Shown here: positions 37,112 to 51,092 of the stretch, piece after piece
How positions within the stretch are numbered: position 1 is the stretch's first letter
How the letters are laid out: each line of letters begins with the position of its first letter
Assembly: GCF_902652985.1 (NCBI RefSeq)
Contig: NC_047018.1
Location: forward strand, 36,580,001 to 36,644,000
Length of the DNA stretch: 64,000 nucleotides
Source: Pecten maximus
Taxonomy: Eukaryota
Direction: 5' to 3'
Translations under genes and position numbers: made by a program
Notes under the pieces: model-generated
What the model was told of the DNA's origin: nothing
What the model saw: the letters and a program-made list of their open reading frames with translations, nothing else
Databases searched by the model: none

Positions 37112-37317
37112 CACAGGTACTTGGGTAAGAAATTATATATTGTATATATATACTATATAGCCTCGTATTACTATATAAAATGGTAAGAAATTATATATTG
37201 TATATATATACTATATAGCCTCGTATTACTATATAAAATGGCATTTTATATAGTAATACGAGGCTATATAGTATATATATATATACAATATATAATTTCT
37301 TACCCCAAGTACCTGTG
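37112..37317. mobile_element. 206-bp foldback MITE with 8-bp TSD (hAT/P-type signature)
   Basis: ATCAGTGC|CACAGGTACTTGGG...CCCAAGTACCTGTG|ATCAGTGC. Palindromic about ~37240, with a 58-bp tandem duplication in the left arm. Confidence 0.9.
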
Positions 37318-38179
37318 ATCAGTGCAACAATTTGACAGGTCCTACAAGAATGCACAAGTTATCGCCCGTGAGCAGAACGCTGTGCTGTGTAGTGCTTTAA
37401 AACTCGTAAACATTTATTTATAGATTTTTTTTACGGTATTTGCTCGTGTATCGCTTTATCTTAAACCCATTCCACTGTTTGTATCAAGATATCGCCGTTT
37501 TGTGAGTATGAAATCTACAATTATAGTCACTTAAGTAGATCTAAATGGAAATCGCCCCTAGAAATGTTGTCATTCTCCCAAGGTCCCGTAATGCATTCTG
37601 GGAATGATAACGTCTGCCACGATTACCTCCCTTCGTACATAACACTGTTACTGATTGCGAACTTGAATTTAAAAATACCCTGTCAAAATAAATCTATAGA
37701 TAAAGTAATGGTTTAAAGTTTTCTTTACAAAATTATATTGTTAATAAATTCTTTAGCAGGCAAAATTATCAATGATAATTAATACCATACAGAAAAAAAA
37801 AAATTCGAAACAGTTCATAAAATATTCCTACAAACATGGGTACAAGAAAATGATAACGTATGTTAGAACGACTCCGGTACGACTATCTTCCCACGTAGTC
37901 ACACAAATCGATCATAAAACACGGGTACGCTAAATATAACACTCTCTTTAAAACTTCAATAATGAAATATGTATAAACTATTTTACTAATACGTTACTGC
38001 GACCATCCGTAACTAAGTGAAGGTCTCGGTAATGTGAACTTTTCTAAATAGATATTGTCTTACACATTAAAAATGTATTGTCATCCACTTAAAAATGTAT
38101 TGTTTTCGTCGATTTCACCTCTGGACAACTCCGATAATCATTCTGGTATAGATTTATATCTGATCCTTGTGTATAACGT

Positions 38180-38790
38180 TTTCCAATCCGGGTGATTCAG
38201 TGTAGGAAAGTTATGGACACGTCACTCTCCTTCATCATCCGGGTATCATCCGGGTATTTCGTGAGGAATGATATAGACACGCAAGTCTTCTTTAAGATTT
38301 AAGAGGATATATTGCATAATACACCAGTCTCTTTTGACGTCCGGGTATTTCTGTTGTCGTAGATTATAGTCGGTCTCATTCAACATCCAGATATTTCTTT
38401 TAAGCAAGATTGCAAATACGTTAGTATTTTTGACATACGAGTATTTCTTCGAGGAAAGGCTGCAGACACGTCAGTCTCCTTAACCTTTCTTATATTTCAA
38501 GTCAGAGACAGTTCGAGACACGCCAGTCTTCTTTACATCCGGGTATTTCTAGTAAGGGAATGCTGCAAACCTAGCATCCGGGTATTTCTAGTAAGGGAAA
38601 GCTGCAAACCTAGCATCCGGGTATTTCGGCGATAGAAGGTTGGGAATATGTCAGTCCCTTTTCTTATCCGGTATTTCAGGGAAAATATAAGGTCAGGGAC
38701 ACGTCGATCCCCTTTTATTATCCGGGTATTTCAGGGAATAGAAGGTTGGGGACACGTCAGTTCCCTTTGATATCCGGGTAGTTCAGTAAT
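38180..38790 (+). repeat. Highly diverged ~55-bp tandem repeat
   Basis: Recurring ATCCGGGTATTTC...GACACGTCAGTC..CTTT, about 10 units. Confidence 0.75.
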
Positions 38791-39534
38791 CTAATAGATA
38801 GATTATATGCTTACAATATATCCAAAATAATCTACTTACAAATTACACTAAATAATTTGAAATATATTTTCGCAAACTACGCTATGAAAAATCTTATTTA
38901 CAAATTATTCTAAATAGATAAAAACATATTTTTACAATTTACATTTAATATATCAAACATATACAAACAAATCACGATTAATTAATGAGGTATTTACTTA
39001 CAAGTTACGATTATTTTACTAACGAATCACGATTAATTGATAAGATAATTTAATTACAAATTACGATTAATATGAAAAGATCTTAATAGAAAAAATTCAC
39101 GAAACATATATTAACTACAGTTACATGAGTATTGTTTCGACTCGGCTTACAAATCATTATAAACATGTATTATATTATGCTTCAAACAAATATACGATAT
39201 CTTACAAATAGTGTTGGTCCGATGAATCGATTTAATCGATAGTTAGTCATTTTACTTCTGATTATGACTCATCGATAATGATTTTTTTTTTTTTTTGTGA
39301 TCGATGATGGTCGGCCTATAACTTTGAAAATTGCGGTAGCTATGGAGATATACAGACGAGTTCAAAAATTAATAAATGAACAAAGTCACTGTTGAAATTT
39401 AATCAAAATCCACTCAAACAACATTTTAAAACAGTAATTTTGAAAGATAATTTTGTTTTTTTATCATGGTCAAGAATTTTAAAATGATTCACAACATAAC
39501 TTACAAATTAATATAAAAAATTACATTCAAAAAT

Positions 39535-41359
39535 AATATCTGTACAAACCACAAATAAATCATATCTGTACTAATAACAGATAAATAATATCTTTACAAA
39601 CAATAAATATAATATCTATACTAACAACAACAAATATAATATCTTTACTAACAACAAATATAATATCTGTACTAACAACAAATATAATGTCTGTACTAAC
39701 AACAACAAATATAATATCTGTACTAACAACAACAAATATAATATCTGTACTAACAACAAATATATAATATCTGTACTCACAAACAAATATAATATCTGTA
39801 CTAACAACAAATATATAATATCTGTACTAACAACAAATATATAATATCTGTACTAACAACAACAAATATAATATCTGTACTAACAAACAAAATATAATAT
39901 CTGTACTAAAATAAATATATAATATCTGTACTTACAACAATAAATATAATATCTGTACTAAAAACAAATATAATATCTGTACTAACAACAAATATAATAT
40001 CTGTACTAACAACAAATATATAATATCTGTACTAACAACAAATATAATATCTGTACTAAAAACAAATATAATATCTGTACTAAAAACAAATATAATATCT
40101 GTACTAAAAACAAATATAATATCTGTACTAACAACAAATATAATATCTGTACTAACAACAAATATAATATCTGTACTAACAACAAATATAATATCTGTAC
40201 TAACAACAAATATAATATCTGTACTAACAACAAATATAATATCTGTTCTAACAACAAATATAATATCTGTACTAACAACACATATAATATCTATACTAAA
40301 AAAAGCAAATATAATATCTGTACTAACAAAAAATATAATATCTGTACTAACAACAAATATAATATCTGTACTAACAACAAATATATAATATCTGTACTAA
40401 CAACAAATATAATATCTGTACTAACAACAAATATATAATATCTGTACTAACAACAACAAACATAATATCTGTACTAACAAAAGCAAATATAATATCTGTA
40501 CTAACAACAAATATATAATAACCGTACTAACAACAACACATATAATATCTGTACTAACAACAAATATATAATATCTGTACTAACAACAAATATAATATCT
40601 GTACTAACAACAACAAATATAATATCTGTACTAACAACAACAAATATAATATCTGTACTAACAACAACAAATATAACATCTGTACTAATCACAAATATAT
40701 AATATCTGTACTAACAAACAAATATATAATATCTGTACTAACAACAACAAATATAACATCTGTACTAATCACAAATATATAATATCTGTACTAACAAACA
40801 AATATATAATATCTGTACTAACAACAAATATAATATCTGTACTAACAACAAATATAATATCTGTACTAACAACAAATATATAATATCTGTACTAACAACA
40901 AATATATAATATCTGTACTAACAACAAATATATAATATCTGTACTAACAACAACAAATATAATATCTGTACTAACAAACAAAAATATAATATCTGTACTA
41001 ACAGCAAATATAATATCTGTACTAACAACAACAAATATATAATATCTGTACTAACAAACAAATATATAATATCTGTACTAACAACAACAAATATAATATC
41101 TGTACTAACAAACAAAAATATAATATCTGTACTTAAATAAATATAATATCTGTACTAATAACAAATATAATATCTGTACTAACAACAAATATATAATTTC
41201 TGTACTAACAACAACAAATATAATATCTGTACTAACAACAACAAATATGATGTCTGTACTAACAACAAATATAATATCTGTACTAACAACAAATATAATA
41301 TCTTTACTAACAACAACAAATATAATATCTGTACTAGCAACAAATATAATATCTGTACT
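39535..41359 (+). repeat. 24-27-bp minisatellite array, left block
   Basis: (AAATATAATATCTGTACTAACAAC)n with variable (AAC) and (AT) slippage. Confidence 0.97.
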
Positions 41360-42000
41360 TTATTCAACTCCCAAGGCATGAAATAATCATTACAACTGTT
41401 GAATAGCATTCAGTTTATATCACACGTGGAATAAACTATAAATGCGTTTTGATTGGTTAACATAGTGACCTTTGCCGGGACTATTTTTTAATCGCGTGGT
41501 TCAATGCAATTTGATTGGCTAACACTTGAAGGCCGCTTCACGATGTCCTGGAAATGATAATGCATGAGAAGTAGTTCGCAGTTGTTATGCTAAATTCTTG
41601 AAAACATATAACGATTTTTATCAATTTATTGCTTTGAAAGAATAAACCTACTCATCAATTGTTATGATTTGTAATAAATTGTTATATTTCCATACATTTC
41701 CGAATTTGTCAGATTTGTATATTAATTAGTAGCATTTGAAACTAGGTCATATCTTTACACCACACCTGATATTGTGAAAAGAACACACATTGACACAAAA
41801 CAGGTCACTTCATTCTCAGAATAACTTTTCTATTGTGGTAGAAACAGGTCACACAAACTCGTGGTTGGTGTATATGGTATTTCTTTCACTTTCGTGAGTT
41901 ATTTTTCGAAAGTTACAAAAAATACTTGCTAAAGCTCGTGTTTGTGTAACAACTTTTGAAAGAAATACATTAAATAGCAACCACTCGGGGTGTAGCCTCT
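41360..42000. mobile_element. ~640-bp unclassified interspersed element inserted in the minisatellite
   Basis: Colinear homolog at ~53630-54170 (CATTCAGTTTATA.CACACGTGGAATAAACT.TAAATGCGTTTTGATTGGTT...AACCACTCG). Confidence 0.8.
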
Positions 42001-43630
42001 ATATCTGTACTAACAACACCAAATATGATATCTGTACAAACAAAGAAATATGATATCTGTACTAACAACAAACACATCATACCTACTGTAACAACAAATA
42101 TAATATCTGTACTAACAACAAATAAAATATCTGTACTAACAACAAATATTATATCTGTACTAACAACAAATATAATATCTGTACTAACAACAACAAATAT
42201 AGTATCTGTACTTACAACAAATATATAATATCTGTACTAATAACAAATATAATATCTGTACTAACAACAAATATATTATATCTGTACTAACAACAACAAA
42301 TATGATATCGGTACTAACAACAAATATATAATATCGGTACTAACAACAAATATATAATATCGGTACTAACAACAAATATATAATATCTGTACTAACAACA
42401 ACAAATATATAATATCTGTACTAACAACAAATATATAATATCTGTACTAACAACAAATATAATATCTGTACTAACAACAACAAATATAATATCTGTACTA
42501 ACAACAACAAATATAATATTTGTAATAACAACAAATATAATATCTGTACTAACAACAAATATAATATTTGTAATAATAACAAATATAATATCTGTACTAA
42601 CAACAACAAATATAATATCTGTACTAACAACAAATATATAATATCTGTACTAACAAACAAATATAATATCTGTACTAACAACAATAAATATAATATCTGT
42701 ACTAACAACAAATATAATATCGGTACTAACAACAACAAATATAATATCTGTACTAACAACAAATATAATATCTGTACTAACAACAAATATGATGTCTGTA
42801 CTAACAACAAATATATATAATATCTGTACTAACAATATATATATAATATCTGTACTAACAACAAATATAATATCTGTACTAACAACAAATATAATATCTG
42901 TACTAACAACAAATATAATATCTGTACTAACAAACAAATATATAATATCTGTACTAACAAACAAATATATAATATCTGTACTAACAACAATAAATATAAT
43001 ATCTGTACTAGCAACAACAAATATAATATCGGTACTAACAACAAATATATAATATCTGTACTTACAAACAAATATATGATATCTGTACTAACAACAAATA
43101 TATGATATCTGTACTAACAACAAATATAATATATGTACTAACAACAAATATAATATCGGTACTAACAACAACAAATATAATATCTGTACTAACAACAAAT
43201 ATAATATCTGTACTAACAACAAATATGATGTCTGTACTAACAACAAATATATATAATATCTGTACTAACAATATATATATAATATTTGTACTAACAACAA
43301 ATATAATATCTGTACTAACAACAAATATAATATCTGTACTAACAACAAATATAATATCTGTACTAACAACAAATATAATATCTGTACTAACAAACAAATA
43401 TATAATATCTGTACTAACAAACAAATATATAATATCTGTACTAACAACAATAAATATAATATCTGTACTAGCAACAACAAATATAATATCGGTACTAACA
43501 ACAAATATATAATATCTGTACTTACAAACAAATATATGATATCTGTACTAACAACAAATATATGATATCTGTACTAACAACAAATATAATATCTGTACTA
43601 ACAACAAATATATATAATATCTGTACTTAC
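42001..43630 (+). repeat. 24-27-bp minisatellite array, right block, with a ~436-460-bp higher-order duplication
   Basis: Same unit as the left block. Rare variants recur at an offset of 436-460 (ATGATGTCTG at 42789 and 43225; GTACTAGC at ~43006 and ~43466). Confidence 0.97.
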
Positions 43631-43799
43631 AGAGATATGGTAATATGTGTATGTGTATGTACATATCGGTAATCTGATATACAGTACATAATCATAATTC
43701 ACAATTAGTTAACGTTTGAAAATGATTCAGACTTGAGGCTTAGTCTATCTATATACAATACATACAGCCATGGGCATTGTACAGAGATTGAAGCCAGTG

Positions 43800-45190
43800 C
43801 TCCCTTATACTACGTTTTTGTTGGTTTGCCTTGTAGATAAATTTTCCTAGCAGACACATTTCTTTGACATTACGCACATTCAATAACTGAACTTCTTTGA
43901 ACATAGATTTTTTTCCACTAATATTTATAATATAACGGGATCTGACGTTTTGAAATTTTGAAAAAAATCAATAAAAATGAAATTCATCGTCCACTTCAGA
44001 GGGAGAGTTACTATATCTACATTCTCTGTATCATGTTAAACTTTCCTGGTTCAATTGTTAAAGTATGTGTAGATGTACCATTTCAAGTTAAACAATGCAA
44101 TAGCTCAGTACGTAATACAAAATCTGTAAGATGAAATTATAAAGATTCTTCAAAATGAATTTTATATTTATACTCTAAACATTTAGGAGAATTGGGCTCT
44201 CAGTAGTTGTACACCCTGACAAAAATAAAATTAATGATAGTAATATTAGCAAAATACACTTAATAAAGCATCACCCGGACGTAAATTATTTAATCCATCT
44301 CTAATTGCTGTAGCCCATTTGCAATCATTTTTACTTCAATTTTGTTATAGGAATTTATATGATTTTGATACACTATACTAAAATTTTCAGATTCCGAAAT
44401 CTTTAACGACCAATATTTTATTATTCTAGGTTGTTTTTTTTCATCCAAAGTAGATAATCTTCATTTAAAGTACGCCATGTTGTTTTTGGCTGTTTTCTTC
44501 ACTTTCAATAATTCTTTGCAAAAAAAAATAACTATAAATTTTCCCTACATATGTATCAAAATGGTAGAGCATAGTTTTAATCTTTGAATTTAATTATGAA
44601 CACTTTGAAAACAATGCAACCAAAATTTATCGTCGTTGGATAGATAATTAGGTTTGATAAACAGATAGAGAAATCGATCAACACATTCATTTTTACTTTG
44701 TAACACGGTTTTTTGTTATCCCGGAATTCTCCACCTCTTCTAAAAAAAATGATTTTCGTTTTTCTTTTTTTTCAACACTTGCAGTTAGAATCCATTTGGA
44801 ACACCAATTTTCTAAATTATCAAGCACATCTTGGAGACCTCCTCGTCTAAAAAAAACCACCAGATCAGCATCATATCCCGAATCCTTCAAAGTCATAACT
44901 TCTCTTGAAATTCTGTATAAACATGGTTTAAAATCATTTATATACGAAAAGAAAATCATTGGTGACAAAATTTCACTTTTTAATAATCCGACTCTGTTAA
45001 GGAAAATCAGACAATTTTCCATCTTATTTAACTCAAGATTTAGCTTGAGAATACATTTGCTTTAAAATTTTTACAAAAATTCCTCTTATATACCTAGTTT
45101 AGATAGCTTATTATATAAAGTTAGTTTACAGATGTAATAAAATGCGTTGCGAAAATCCACAAAACAGCAATATAATAGTTTCTGTATACT
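43800..45190 (-). pseudogene. Decayed non-LTR retrotransposon ORF2 (RT plus C-terminal remnant)
   Basis: Minus strand gives YCCFVDFRNAF, EILSPMIFFSYIND, YDADLVVF..GLQDVLDNLENWCSKW, and DDEFHF near 43980. Confidence 0.78.
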
Positions 45191-45314
45191 TAATTACCAA
45201 GATAAGACTCAATGTAATTTGCATTATCTAATTAATTAATGTGATTATTATGCTAATCAACACTACCAAATTATAAGAACATGTGGTAATATTCTTAAAC
45301 TAAAATATACAAAA

Positions 45315-47095
45315 GATAACATTCTACCACGGGATCATGGCATTATACCAATGTGTCATTCTAATGTGTCACTAATCATAACAATATTCTATCACAACAT
45401 TCTACCACGGAAACATTAACAATATTCTACAAATGAAACATCACAATATTCTACCACTAAATAAAACCACTGAAACATCACAAAGTTCTACCACTGAAAC
45501 ATCACAACATTCTACCACTGAAACATCACAAAGTTCTACCACTGAAACATCACAATATTCTACCACTGAAACATAACAACATTCTACCACTGAAACATAA
45601 CAACATTCTACCACTAAAACAACAACATTCTACCATGGAAACGTCGCAATATTCTACAAATGAAACATCACAATATTTTACCACTGAAACATCACAACAT
45701 TCTACCACTGAAACATCACAACATTCTACCACTGAAACATCACAATATTCTACCACTGAAACATAACAACATTCTACCACTAAAACAACAACATTCTACC
45801 ATGGAAACGTCACAATATTCTACAAATGAAACATCACAACAGTTCCACTGAAACATCACAATATTCTACCACTAAAATATACCACTGAAACATCACAAAG
45901 TTCTACCACTGAAAATCACAACACTCTACCAATGAAAAAACACAACATTCTTCTTTTGAAACATCACAACATTCAACAAATGAAAAACCACAACATTCTA
46001 CCATTGAAACATCACAACATTCTTATACTAAAATATACCACTGAAACATCACAACATTTTCCTACTAAAACATACAGTACCACTGAAAAAATCACAACAT
46101 TCTACCACTAAAATTTACCACTGAAACATCACAACATTCTACCATTGAAAGATCACAACATTCTACCACTAAAATTTACCACTGAAACATCACAACATTC
46201 TACCATTGAAAGATCACAACATTCTACCACGGAAACATCACAACATTCTACGACTGAAACATAACAACATTCTACCACTGAAACATCACAAAGTTCTACC
46301 ACTGAAACATCACAACATTCTACGACTGAAACATCACAACATTTTACCACTGAAACATAACAATATTCTACCACTGAAACATAACAATATTCTACCACTG
46401 AAACATCACAATATTCTACCACTGAAAAATCACAATATTCTACCACTGAAACATCACAACATTCTACCACTGAAACATCACATCACTCAACCATTGTAAC
46501 ATCACAACACTCTACCACTGAAAAAAGTATCATTCTACCACTGAAAAATCACAACATTCTACCATTGAAACATAGCAACATTCTACTATTGAAACATCAC
46601 AATATTCTACTACTGAAACATCACAACACTCTACCACTGAAAAAAAACACATCATTCTACCACTGAAAAATCACAACATTCTACCATTGAAACATCACAA
46701 CATTCTACTATTGAAACATCACAACATTCTACCATTTAAACATCACAACATTCTACTACTAAAATATAATACTAAAATCACAATATTCTACTACTGAAAT
46801 ATACCATTGAAACATCACATCATTCTACTACTAAATATACCACTGACAAATCACAACATTCTACCACTGAAATATACCACTGAAATATCACAACATTCTA
46901 CCACTAAAATATCACAACATTCTACCACTGAAATATACCACTGAAATATCACAACATTCTACCACTGAAATATACCACTGAAATATCACAACATTCTACC
47001 ACTAAAATATCACAACATTCTACTACTAAAATATACCACTTAAACATCACAAAATTATACCACTGAAATATCACAACATTCTACCATGGAAATAT
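45315..47095 (+). repeat. 24-bp minisatellite array
   Basis: (CACTGAAACATCACAACATTCTAC)n, with ~12-14-bp partial units toward the right end. Confidence 0.96.
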
Positions 47096-47919
47096 AGCCA
47101 TATCATACTTATACCTTATGTCAATAATGAAACATTATTGTGATAGTTTCGTACATAAGAGAAATCGGGTTGTGTAACAGGTCATTACTCTGTTATATAT
47201 CAATGTCGGTGTTCCTTTCTCATCCATATTGATGACTTTCTTAATCCTAACGTCATTATTATAAAGATATAGTAAATAGGGTAGAAATCGTCCGTTCTAA
47301 ACCCAACACTCCGAAAAATAAATGGAACCTCCTAATATGCCCACATACATTTTATATTGTAATTAAATATATAGCAAAGCTTGGTTTAATACCAAATCAT
47401 GGCGCATGTGCTTGGTGAGTGTTAAGTATAATCACATATACATGTATATGTCTGACTGAAACCAATACAGCTTCCAATTTCTAAACTGATACAATTGCTC
47501 AAATATACATTGTCTTATGAAATACGCATGATACAGTATAGTTCTTTCATGGAAGCAATACTATCTATATGCATATGTGGGGGGGCCAGTTTCAAAGTAA
47601 TTAAGGTCAGTAATTACTGATCAGACCATATATGGTCATTGTTACGTAACTCCTGAGACCAGCAGCTGAATCAAGAACAGGTTTTGTCCTAGACAGCACT
47701 GGATTGAGACAGCGTCGGTGTTGGCGGGATTGACCGCGGGGAATACAGGTTTTAGTTGGTCTGAGTGTCTATAAAGCGGGGCTAAATGCCTCAATATAAT
47801 TAACATTGTTTATCCAATATTTGAAGTCCCTTGATTATCATATTGATTTCAATGTTATTCAGTAGCGTGGAATTGTACTGACCAGACAAAGGTCAGAGTG
47901 ATCACCACCGAACACCCTT

Positions 47920-48495
47920 AGACTTAAGTCGTTATGCTATCTTACGGTGTCCGACTTAAGGTTGTAGTCTACTTAACAGTGTCCGACTTAAATCGTTGTG
48001 CTATCTAACACTCTTCGACTTAAGGCGTTATGCTTCCTTACAATGCCCAACTTAATCTTTGTGCTATCTTACACTCTCAAACTTAAGGCGTTATGCTACC
48101 TTACAAAAATGTCCGACTTAAATATCTTGGCTATCTTAAACTCTCCAACTTAAGGCGTTATGCTACCTTCCAGTTTCCTATATAAATCGTTATACTACCT
48201 TACATGCTCTCACTTAAGGCTGTATGTTACCTTACACTCTTTATGCTACAATGGCCGACTTAAGGTTGTATTCTCCTTACACTCTCAGACTTAAATCGCT
48301 ATGCTGTCTTACACTCTCCAACTTTAGGCGTTATGCTACCTTTTAGTGTGCGATATAATCGTAATACTATCTTACACGCTCTCACTTAAGGCTGTATGCT
48401 ACCTTACAATATCCTATCTAAGTCGTTATGCTTCATTGTGGTGTCTGATTTAAAGCTGTATGCTTCTTTACATTCTCCTACTTAAGGCTGTATGT
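47920..48495 (+). repeat. Diverged 32-bp minisatellite
   Basis: Unit approx. GACTTAAGGCGTTATGCTACCTTACACTCTCC, about 17 copies. Confidence 0.88.
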
Positions 48496-48704
48496 CAAGA
48501 GTCACAAACAGGAACTACTCGGCGATCGAAATATTTTGAGATAAAGATAATGTTGCTCGAATGTAAGTAATATTTTACCTTTGTTTTGATATACGTTGAT
48601 GTAAGTAATCGTAAACGCTATTACATCATTCGGACACTGACACATCACAACATGACGGATTCATACTATTAATAAAGGCATTCCATCAAAATTAGTGTGA
48701 ATAC

Positions 48705-49250
48705 AGTTTTACCATGTTTTCGTGAGGTAACAATTAACAGATACATGTTCATATTTTACATGTGTAATAAACTGTACATTCATATTATGAATGTAAAGAT
48801 AAGTTCAGTAAAGGAAAAAAGGTAAAATATAAATGGATTTTTATTAATCAACTTTTAAGTTTAACAAATAATTAGCTGGTTGGCAAATTACGCAAATACT
48901 TGTCTATTGTCAAACCAATGGTTTTGTAAACTACACAGCTTCTGTTTAAAATTTTACCATGTTTCATGAGGTAACAACAGGTACATGTCCATATTTTACA
49001 TATGTTGTACTTGTACATGTATATTAGGATTATAAAGATAAGGTCAGTAAAAGGGAACAGGTAAAATATAAAGTTAACTAATTAGCTGGCTGGTAAATTA
49101 TACAATTTTTATCTATTGCTAAACCAATGGGTGTGTAAACTACACAGTTTCTGTTTTAAAATTTTACCATGTTTCATAAGGTAACAAAGATACATGTCTT
49201 TTCATTTTTACATGTGTAATATACTGTACATTCAGATTAGGAATATAAGG
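48705..49250 (+). repeat. ~210-245-bp tandem repeat, about 2.4 copies
   Basis: TTTTACCATGTTT...AGGTAACAA...TACATGT starts at ~48707, ~48952 and ~49162. Confidence 0.85.
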
Positions 49251-50865
49251 AAAACTTAAATAATCTATTTAGAATTGTCATTGAATATTAAGTTGTAATG
49301 TGAATAATAATATATCCAATTACTTATGCGATGTATAGATGTATGTGATTATGTGGAAAAAATTTGAATAAAAAAAAAAAAATAGTGTGAAGCATTACAC
49401 ATATGGAATACTATTTTCGACCCAATATGAGCCACTACGTAATATCAAAAGTTATATATAGATAAGTCATATCACGACCTTTCGATATATGTATGAAACT
49501 TAATAGTTGTACGCAATCAAAGCTGATAGCATCATTTAAAACTGAAACTTGGTCTTACAGAATTACAGGCAACAGGTAAATGAACCGTTCTGGTGAGGCT
49601 TTGGGCCAATTTACGTGATTTTATTAAATTCCATTTATCCATATTCTTCCTCCTTCTCCACAGATATGACGTCAGTACCAGTTTAAGTTTTTAATGGTGT
49701 AGACAGAGCGATATACGTTGAAAGCATTATATGAGACAAATTAATAGCTGTCGGTTATCGCACTAGTCTTGAAATATCAAATTGTTACGTACAGACGTCA
49801 TCATCTAAAATGCGAACCGGAAAATATTACGTGTGTCAATCCGGAGCTGTTTGAGTTTAAATTGTTGACATTGTCGTTGTGTCCATGCCAGCTATCGGCC
49901 TAAATCAATAGAAGGATTCAAAGTACGGGCAGATGATAATTTGATAGCAATAAGGAGCAATTTTAAAGCCCAATTGCCATGGTAATATGAATATCGGTAA
50001 ATTGTGCGTATGTAATATTAAAACCCGGAGGTTGAATATGACAATATCCGGAAACCAACACGAACTTGAACAGACTTTAAATTACAAGATATCACTCTTT
50101 ACAGACAAATATGGTATGTCATGGAAATTATTATTTTTTTAAATCCAGTTGACTTACTTCTTTTATGGCGATGCAGTTTATTTTACAAAATTATACAATT
50201 ATGCGATTAAGTTCTTAAAAAGGAATTATTGGAAGACATAAGTGGTGGTGGACTTTGTCATGTCGAGAGTGAAAATAGCATTGTCAATACAAGTGTTGGC
50301 ATGCTGTTGGCATATCTCTAAAGGCTTACGTCATTGTCCGTCACGGCAAAAACAACATTGCGTAATACAGACGTTGACGACTTATTTAATTCAATATCTG
50401 TTTTAAATGAAATAATTAAAGAAAATAAGTACATGTACAACAGTATCAAATCTATAAGGCAAAATCGACAGTCATTTCCGCGCCACATATAGCATCCGTC
50501 CAGACGTTTCCAGCTAAAATTAAGGATGTACATTACGTATCTGGTCACTAACAATCTTGAGCACGTGAACATTATCCATACATTAAAGTGTCGCACCATC
50601 CGATATAAAGTAATGATGTAAGTCGTGCAAATAGTTCTTTGAAGGTGGTCAACACCCACGTAATAAAATATCAGAAAAAGTATCCAAGTTTCACATAAGC
50701 CATAAGCATTGTTTCCCAGGATGTCCTTCCTACCGTCCTATCATATTGGGTGGTCGAGTGTCCAACTTGACAAGGAAAATACTTGCTTAAAAAAAGCCCG
50801 GTCTACAGGGTTTATTTGGCAGTGAAGATGTGTATCGAAAGCGAGGCGACGTCAATAAAGCATAT

Positions 50866-51092
50866 AGTGCGTGCAAGTTCGGCATGACAATCTGAGTGCG
50901 TGCAAGTTCGGCATGAAAATCTGAGTGCGTGCAAGTTCGGCATGACAAGTTGAGTGCGTGCAAGTTCGGCATGATAAGCTAAGTGAGAGCAAGTTCGGCA
51001 TGACAAGCTACATGTAAGTGCGTGCAAGTTCGGCATGACAAGCTAAGTGCGTGCAAGTTCGGCATGGCAAGCTTAGTGCGTGCAAGTTTGGC
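50866..51092 (+). repeat. 29-bp minisatellite, ~8 copies
   Basis: AGTGCGTGCAAGTTCGGCATGACAAGCT(A/G). Confidence 0.93.

Noticed and set aside
39616-46499. LLVQILY / ISVLTTN / VVECCDVS / LKHHNILP ORFs
   Set aside because: Minisatellite translations with frequent stops and frameshifts and no supported splice structure.
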